64,000 bases of DNA, taken from contig RBZT01000545.1 in the NCBI GenBank assembly GCA_003693705.1, positions 4,127 through 68,126 of the forward strand. Direction: 5' to 3'. The notes beneath the pieces are model-generated. The model was not told where the DNA came from, searched no databases, and saw nothing but the letters and a program-made list of their open reading frames with translations. The DNA is from Polymyxa betae A26-41. Lineage: Eukaryota; Protista; Endomyxa: Phytomyxea. Below are positions 57,490 through 64,000 of this stretch, one piece after another. How positions within the stretch are numbered: position 1 is the stretch's first letter; each line of letters starts with the position of its first letter. A program made the translations under genes and the position numbers.

Positions 57490-58300
57490 GAATATTGCCG
57501 CCGCCACCGAGACAGGCGCGGAGCTGGCTGGTGATGAGCTTTTAATCTTGGCGAGTCTGCGGGCGGGATGACGGGCAATGGCCATGCCATATTCCAGCGC
57601 GATCGGCCGTAGGCGGAAACGATGAGGCGCTTCTTGGCGGGAGAGAGGAGCGGGGTCCGGTATGCGCCAATCTGGTCGAGCCCAAACATAGCGCGGCTGG
57701 CTTTGTCGACGCGATCTTCCAGTTGTACATCGTGTGCGACCAGGCATCGCGGACCTGTACGCCCAGCAATGTCGTTGAAGAGACAGCCGGGAGGGGTGCG
57801 CCGTTCAGGTTAGGGCTCCGACCGGGTACGGGTAGTACCCGGAAAAACCGGATCGGGTACTGGTCGGGTCGGGTGCCGGATAGGGGGTGGTGCCCGACCC
57901 GACTACCTGTCGGGTAGTTTGATAGGCACGGACTTATTTTCTGCGCATTGATAATTACTTCGATTTACGATGTGAGGATCCTGCAGTTGATCCTTTAGAT
58001 TACTGGAAAGCGCACGCCCAACAGTTTCCTAATCTCAGCGCTGTGGCAAAAGACATTTTGTCGATTTCGGGCTCTTCAGTCGCTGTCGAGCGAATATTCA
58101 ATTGCGGCCGTGACGTGATTATATTGGGCTTCGGCGACATTCTTTGAAACCAGAAACCTCTTCTTTGATGTTTGGTAAGTACTATTTTGGATATTGTATG
58201 GATGGGTACCGGATAGAGGCAGGTACCCGACCCGTTAGTACCCGGTCGGAGCCCTAGTTCAGGTATAGTGGGACGTACTGGTCCACTGCGGGACAGCAGA
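57490..58300 (-). pseudogene. Non-LTR retrotransposon RT, C-terminal (thumb) fragment, interrupted by the hAT MITE
   Basis: After removing the MITE and one TSD, the frame reads YVPLYLNGAPLPAVSSTTLLGVQV, then (with frameshifts) RVDKASRAMFGL..IG..LSPAKK..AY.RS.LEYG. Confidence 0.75.
57811..58256. mobile_element. Non-autonomous hAT-superfamily element (MITE), 446 bp
   Basis: Perfect 19-bp TIRs TAGGGCTCCGACCGGGTAC / GTACCCGGTCGGAGCCCTA; 8-bp TSD GTTCAGGT at 57803-57810 and 58257-58264; subterminal CGGGT/ACCCG repeats. Confidence 0.95.
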
Positions 58301-59557
58301 CATCTGGTACAAAGCGGCCAGATACCTTGCTGGCAAATGGTTTGGAGACATGGAGCCTACGAAAAATGACGAAATTTCCGAGGTATTCTATCTTATCACT
58401 CATCTGGTGTACACTGGCAACAGCTACATGTCAAGGGATCTGTGCTCGTGTATGAAGTCGCTTCTGAAGAGCTGGAACGATTGGATGTACTTCAAAATGG
58501 AAGAATGGCTGACGTCCGGAATTGAGCTTTGGAATATTGAATATCTTTCAGAGTTGCAAGATTATTTTCTGGCAGTTGATGGGGCTGTACCCGAACAATT
58601 GTCCAGGAATTTCGCTGCCCTGTCTGAGAGTACAGTCCAGGACTGGATGACCAAGATGGTATGCAATGGCTCGCACAATTGTCTGTTCGTTTTGTTGATT
58701 GAGATCTTGCTTTAGGTTAGTGACGGGACCTCGTTCAGCAAGGTTGACAGTGCTGCCCATACACTGTTTTTATACTACAGGGTGCGTCTATCCTACTATC
58801 TACAACCCCACAATTTCGGCCCTGTACCCCAAGTACGAGCATCTTTGTGAGCCCAGCGCACAGTCTCGTAAAACAAGAGTACAAAGGCAGTGTCAAAAAC
58901 GACGGGAGGCGGCAATCATTCCAAACATTTGTAATGAAATCGATGGAATGGAATCCAACTGCCCGAACTGTTGCGGGCCAGGATGTAACAATCGCGACCT
59001 TACAAACGGGAACTTTCCGAGCGTGTTGGAAGTCAAGAGCACTGGCATCTATCAGGATGGCGTGTTTGCGAAGGAAGACATCTCGGCCGAGGTCATGATT
59101 GCGGAATACACTGGGCTGGAACGTTCGACTATAATGCTCACACAATATCCCCATTTTATCTGATTTCCCAGATCATGTGCAAAAGTGAATACGAGGATCC
59201 TGCAAAGCCTAATGAGCACGACCCGAATTACACTGCTACTGCCCCAGCTTGGCCATTCATCGTGATCGTTCAAAAGGTTGATGGCTGCTGGCCCACCGCT
59301 TCCAAAATCAATCACAGCTGTCAGTTAAATTAAATGCTGACATGCGCAAACGGACAGATAGCAGTGGTAATACCCGGTTAACAATATGGACGATCAGACC
59401 CATCGCCAAGGGTGAGGAGATCACTTATTGGTATTTCACAAAGAAATGGAAAACCAAATGCCTCTGCAAGGTCTGCAGAATGCGGAAAAATTGCGACCGT
59501 ATCTCTGCAGGCCATTCCTTCCAAAACGTCATCGACGACGTAGAAGTTGAAAACTAG
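58300..59557 (+). pseudogene. SET-domain (Cys-rich pre-SET/SET/post-SET) lysine methyltransferase-like pseudogene with N-terminal helical domain
   Basis: CPNCCGPGCNN, GVFAKEDI..IAEYTG, INHSC, RPIAKGEEITYWY, CLCKVC. It has introns, an in-frame stop/frameshift near 58850, and an extra TAAAT after NHSC. Confidence 0.8.
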
Positions 59558-59651
59558 TGTGATTTTCAATAAATTATCGTATCGATACCAGATCAGTATG
59601 CTTAGGGTTACAATACCAGAACAATTCCATCTCAATTTTCTATCAAATATA

Positions 59652-59768
59652 AGCGTTCTGACTGATACGATACCATATCGATACCATATGAGCGCTCTGA
59701 CTGATACGATACCATATCGATACCATCACAGCGCTCTGACTGTAACGATACCAGGTCGATACCATATC
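59652..59768. repeat. Minisatellite, 3 x 39 bp with internal GATACC sub-repeats
   Basis: Units AGCG(T/C)TCTGACTGATACGATACCATATCGATACCAT... start at 59652, 59691 and 59730; degenerate copy near 59580. Confidence 0.9.
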
Positions 59769-60036
59769 AGTGTTAGTTTGGGGAGTTGAACTGATTGAAA
59801 TTTTATTGAGCGTACGAACCCAAATTTCGAGATTTGGAATTTGATTTTTTTGGGAGGCTTGGCTATTAGAGGACCTGACTCCAAGCGCTTACCAAGCTTG
59901 CCTGTTAGCAAACTATCAGTGCTGGCATTTCCCTAACAGTGATGATCGTACTCAACAGCGCAGACTGTGATTCATCAGCCTGGGGCAACGCCCGAGGATT
60001 GGCTACGGGGCTGACATTCTCCTGTTATATTATTAT

Positions 60037-60310
60037 CAATGGCCGCGTAGTGCTCGCAGACCTGTAACATCGCTTGGAGTGCGTCAGTTCGCCAGTGAAG
60101 GAGCGTCTGATCATCCGCTTACATAACGCAGGGCATATCGACTGCACCATATCTGGGGCAACCTCCGTACAGCTGACAGGTGCTCTCCAGTCGTCGCGGT
60201 AAATCGTCGACGTATACACTGAACAGATCGGGGCTCAAGACGTCGCCCTGCGGCACGCCTACTTGAACAAAGACAGGCTCTGATACTTCAGCATTGATGC
60301 GAATCTTGAT
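60037..60310 (-). pseudogene. Non-LTR retrotransposon RT core fragment
   Basis: IRINAEVSEPVFVQVGVPQGDVLSPDLFSVYVDDL...M*ADDQTL (YADD with a stop in place of Y), LQAMLQVCEHYA. Confidence 0.88.
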
Positions 60311-60557
60311 GAGTTCAGGTGTTAAGAAGAACACAAAATTAGAACTGGCTGTATTGTTAAGGTTAGTACCGTAGACCACAAAATAACTAACCAGGGGTCC
60401 AGCTCCTGGTCTCTGCTAGAATATTGAGGCTTCTCCCGAACTGTGGTCTCTCTGTGACAGGATGTTTTGAGGAAACGACCAGGTTCAAACATGATGGTAA
60501 CGTAAACTGTAACGCTATCAGTAAACCGAATTTATTATGTTACAAAAAGGCTCAGAT

Positions 60558-61406
60558 TTAAGAGAGATCAAGGGCTGCAATGGCTTGATAAAAACTACAT
60601 TCATTTAAAGAATTCACATGTTTTTCGAGTCGTTTGAGAGCTATATCTTCATCGATAAAGGGGTCTTGGCCACAACGCCCGAATGTCTCAGCGACAGTTC
60701 GACGTTTTGTGTGCTCCGAATCGTATCGGGCGAACGCGTTTTCGATGAGCGATATCAGCTCATCGCGGCTGACAGCAAATTCAGCTCCAACAGGAATGTT
60801 TGCGATGCGGCTCCAACGCAGGTTTTCGTATTTTTCACGGATATAGGATTTAAGTTGCTTATTAATGGCGATGTCGCCAACCTTCAAATCCTTTTGAGTT
60901 AACAAGTTGATTAGCGAGACTTTCTTACTTGCATAACGAAGGTCATCCCTTCAGCAATAAACTTAACGTAAATTTAGCTCGCTGGATGCGAGGCATTATA
61001 CTGTTGCAGCCATTCATCAATATCAGCGCCGGAATGGTTTGATGCACGATCCCATATCAAACCTGCCGACGAAATTCAGTACAATTTGGTTGGAATTTCA
61101 AATTGTTACCTATTGATCGATTAGGTAATTGGACGGTCAGAAAATGTAAAAACATGATCGCAATTTTTTGCGTCATCCAGTGGCTTTCATTGAAAACCAC
61201 GGCACTTTTACTATAGTGCGCCCACTGTTTCATTAGAGTGGCACCAAACTTTGCAGTGCCTATGATGAAAGCGGGCAGCAACGACGATGTCGTCAGGTCG
61301 GCTGCGACGACAAGCGTGACACCAGATTTTGGATCGTGCGGACCAGACGCTCCTTCTACACGCTTCTTACCCAGCGGCACGAGTACCCGATCATCAGCCT
61401 CGTGAA
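60558..61406 (-). pseudogene. pogo/Tigger-like DDE_1 transposase, C-terminal part, truncated by LTR insertion
   Basis: K.GVTLVVAA...LLPAFII, NESHWMT, LIWDRASNH, GMT.VMQ|VGDIAINKQLK, ETFGRCG; contains an in-frame stop and apparent introns. Confidence 0.8.
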
Positions 61407-61958
61407 TGTTAGGACGGGGAGGATTAACCGTGATAAAAGTTCAGAAATAGACTAAATTAACAATATTTATGAAATTAACACAACAATATAATTGAAAGAA
61501 GAATGGCAAGGAAGCAGGGCAGATGGTATGGGGATCGGAGAGGGCAGTAAGCCGTCGAGGTGAACGTTAAGGCGGGACGCAGATAGGTGGGATGGGAGTG
61601 ATGCCGGGGCTGGTCGTCGGGGGCAGTGTAGGACAGCAGAGCACAGGCGGGAACGACGGGTACACGGAATGCGGAGGTAGGGCAAGGCAGATAAGGAACG
61701 GCACTGGGCTTAGCACTGGGCTCGAGGAGCGTGGCAATGGAATGACTGGCGACGTTGGAGGGGACGGAGGATTGGCCGGAAGGGGCCTGCAGGGTGAGGA
61801 CGATCTTGGGGACGAACAGACGATGAGAGAGGACGAGCACGACGTCGAAGACGGAAGGTGTTGATCACACTGGAGTCCGGCCTCCGACTCGGAGCGGAGC
61901 TGCGTGGGGGACTCCGTCAGTGGTAGCGGCTGGGTGTCTATGGTCGTAGAGCATGACA
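61407..61958 (-). repeat. 3' LTR (~552 bp) of Ty3/gypsy element
   Basis: On the minus strand it begins TGTCATG immediately after the polypurine tract and ends ...CCTAACA, exactly where transposase coding sequence resumes. Confidence 0.85.
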
Positions 61959-61972
61959 TCACCCCCCTTTTA
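61959..61972 (-). other. Polypurine tract (PPT)
   Basis: AAAAGGGGGGTGA on the minus strand directly before the LTR TG. Confidence 0.88.
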
Positions 61973-62004
61973 GGCCGGCGCTGCGGGCGGGAGCCGGGGG
62001 CCGG

Positions 62005-64000
62005 TTAATCGGGGTAGCGCTTGTGGAAGTCGTCGATATGAGATTGCAGGGACGGGGTTGGGTTGAGCGCGGATGCGGGTTCCCAAGTGCGCTCGTTGAC
62101 GCCAAAGCCTTTCCAATCAATAAAATATTGCAGCTGGGACCTAAAAAATCGTGAATCCAGGATTTGTTCGACTTCGTAGTACTGGTCGTCATTGGCTTCG
62201 ACTAGAACGGGAGCAGGAGTTGGTTGACTGCGATGAGGGATATGGTTGGGAATGAATGGCTCGAGTTGGGAGACATGGAAAACCCGGTGGAGATGGGACG
62301 TTGGCGGGAGGTCGAGTTCAAACGCCCTTGGATTGATCTGTCGGGTGATCGTGTACGGTCCCAAAAAAACATAGTCAAGTTTGCTACAGGGGCGGTTTGT
62401 GGGTATCTCACCACGACGGAGCCAAACCTTGTCGCCGATTTTGTAGTTGGTGGACGGCATCCGTGTAGCGTTTGCCCAACGCGTCATATTTTCCTGATTC
62501 TTGATTAAGCAGCGCTCTAAAAACGTACGGACAGCTTGAAGATGATCTGCACGCTCACTGGCGGACGGGTTCTGATTCTTTGTGGAGGTCGTCGTCAGTG
62601 TATGGAACTGCGGGTGGACGCCAGAGTTAGCATAGAACGGGGACATGCCGGTTGCAGAGTGTTGGGTATTGTTGTAGTAAAATTCGGCTAGCGGTAGAAG
62701 GTCGACCCAGTTATCTTGCTGGAAATCTACATAACAACGTAAGTATTGCTCGAGACACTGATTTACGCGTTCGGTTTGGCCGTCGGTCTGCTGATGACAC
62801 GATGATGATTTACAGCCCTTGATGTGGAGGCGATAGAGTAGATGGGTCCAGAATTTGGAGGTGAATTGCGGGCCACGGTCAGAAACGATTTCGTGAGGAA
62901 ATCCATGAAGTTTAAAGACATTAGAAATAAAGTAGTTGGCGAGGTCTTCTGCCGACGATTTTTCGCTACAGGGAATAAAATGGGCCATTTTCGACAAACG
63001 GTCCACAACGACCAGGATAGAGTATTCGCGAGACAATGGCAGCTTGACGATCAAGTCCATCGAGATAGAGCGCCAGAGGGTCGTAGGTATGGGTAGCGGA
63101 AGGAGCAGGCCGTGTGATCGATGCCGGGGAAATTTACATCTTTTGCAGGTTTCGCACGAGCCGATATATTTTTCGACATATTGCCGAAGGCCTGGCCACC
63201 AGAATTGGCGTCGAATTAATTCGAGTGTTTTCTTGATGCCTGGGTGGCCTGCCAACTGGGAGTCATGAAATGTTCGCAAGATTTCTAGCTTTTGTTCGGA
63301 ATCGGTTATGACAGCAGAATTTTGGAAATGCAGAATACCATCGAGTACTGAATAGCTCGAGTCACCTTGATCGGGATCGTCGTCGGTACGAAGCGTCTCG
63401 AGATGACGCTGGGTTGTCGGTTCTTTCGACTGGGCGGCCCGGATGCGGTCAGTGAAGCTAGACGGGAACGTGCCGGCATTTAAGATCGTGCGGTTTTGTA
63501 CCAACTGTTCGGGCTTCAATATGGCGTGACGTTGCTCTGTCCATAGCAGGTCGGACGGGCGGATCTCGTAGTCGGGTCTTCGAGAGAGCGCGTCGGGTGC
63601 TCCGGAAAGCACGCCGGGGCGATGCACGATGTCAAAGTCGTATGGTGAGAGTACTTGCAACCAGCGGACTTGTCGGCGGTTGAGCATTTGGTTCTGAGAA
63701 AAGTATTCAAGATTCTTGTGATCAGAATAAACAACGATGCGGTGTGGCGAGCCTTCTAAGAAGTGTCGCCAGACTTTGAAGGCGGTTACAACGGATAGAA
63801 GTTCCTTATCATGGACGTCGTAGTTGATTTCTGCCGCGGTTAGCTTGCGGGAGTGGAAGGCGACGGGGTGTAGTCGACCGTCGGCTTGTGGCTGGGACAG
63901 GACCATTCCTATGGCAAAATCAGAAGCGTCGGCTTCAAGGCAGACAGGGAGTAGAGGGTCAAAGTGGGCAAGGACTGGGGCTGAAAGGAACGCCTCTTTA
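62005..64000 (-). CDS. pol: Pol polyprotein: RNase H, integrase (HHCC, DDE, GPY/F) and chromodomain
   Basis: LEADASDFAIG, NYDVHDKELL, DHKNL, DALSR, HDSQLAGH..CETC, SMD, SDRGPQF, QTERVNQ, LGPY, YEVEQILDSR..YFIDWKGF..TWEP. Confidence 0.95.
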   Translation of the reverse strand, partial: KEAFLSAPVLAHFDPLLPVCLEADASDFAIGMVLSQPQADGRLHPVAFHSRKLTAAEINYDVHDKELLSVVTAFKVWRHFLEGSPHRIVVYSDHKNLEYFSQNQMLNRRQVRWLQVLSPYDFDIVHRPGVLSGAPDALSRRPDYEIRPSDLLWTEQRHAILKPEQLVQNRTILNAGTFPSSFTDRIRAAQSKEPTTQRHLETLRTDDDPDQGDSSYSVLDGILHFQNSAVITDSEQKLEILRTFHDSQLAGHPGIKKTLELIRRQFWWPGLRQYVEKYIGSCETCKRCKFPRHRSHGLLLPLPIPTTLWRSISMDLIVKLPLSREYSILVVVDRLSKMAHFIPCSEKSSAEDLANYFISNVFKLHGFPHEIVSDRGPQFTSKFWTHLLYRLHIKGCKSSSCHQQTDGQTERVNQCLEQYLRCYVDFQQDNWVDLLPLAEFYYNNTQHSATGMSPFYANSGVHPQFHTLTTTSTKNQNPSASERADHLQAVRTFLERCLIKNQENMTRWANATRMPSTNYKIGDKVWLRRGEIPTNRPCSKLDYVFLGPYTITRQINPRAFELDLPPTSHLHRVFHVSQLEPFIPNHIPHRSQPTPAPVLVEANDDQYYEVEQILDSRFFRSQLQYFIDWKGFGVNERTWEPASALNPTPSLQSHIDDFHKRYPD

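Larger units (their letters stand above)
61407..64000 (-). mobile_element. Ty3/gypsy chromovirus LTR retrotransposon (3' part; continues beyond window)
   Basis: pol ORF followed by PPT and LTR in canonical order. Confidence 0.93.

Noticed and set aside
59578-59770. Repeat array resembling CRISPR
   Set aside because: Units are contiguous 39-bp tandem copies with no unique spacers, there are no cas genes, and the context is eukaryotic.
61467-61962. Several Pro/Ser-rich ORFs on both strands
   Set aside because: They lie inside the GC-rich LTR and are compositional artefacts.

Overview
This is gene-dense eukaryotic nuclear DNA with many short (~45-70 bp) GT-AG introns, so the ORF track shows mostly exon fragments. 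The gene content includes ciliary TTC23/LRR-type proteins, Brl1/Brr6, an ADP1-like ABCG transporter and an NSMAF/FAN-like BEACH protein. That fits a flagellated protist, possibly a plasmodiophorid (Phytomyxea), but this is inference only. Bases 1-55.8 kb carry about 22 housekeeping or hypothetical genes: DUF229 protein, OTU1, a cadherin-like repeat protein, Nudix, YKT6, BUB3, ISWI, BRL1, FAN, LRR, ABCG, a complex I subunit, a kinase, Sel1, MED18, a glycosyltransferase, YbaK, thiolase and TTC23. They also carry one unusual tRNA with a CCG anticodon on a Trp-like body. Bases 56-64 kb are a nested stack of mobile DNA: a gag-like remnant; a non-LTR RT split by a perfect 446-bp hAT MITE and by a SET-domain pseudogene cassette; and an intron-containing pogo-like transposase interrupted by a Ty3/gypsy chromovirus (3' LTR, PPT, RNase H-integrase-chromodomain). 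The best leads are the Trp-body tRNA(CCG), the large spliced secreted bacterial-style cadherin-repeat protein, a DUF229 protein carrying a Xylo_C-like domain, and the SET-domain cargo. Gene boundaries were inferred by eye and are approximate.
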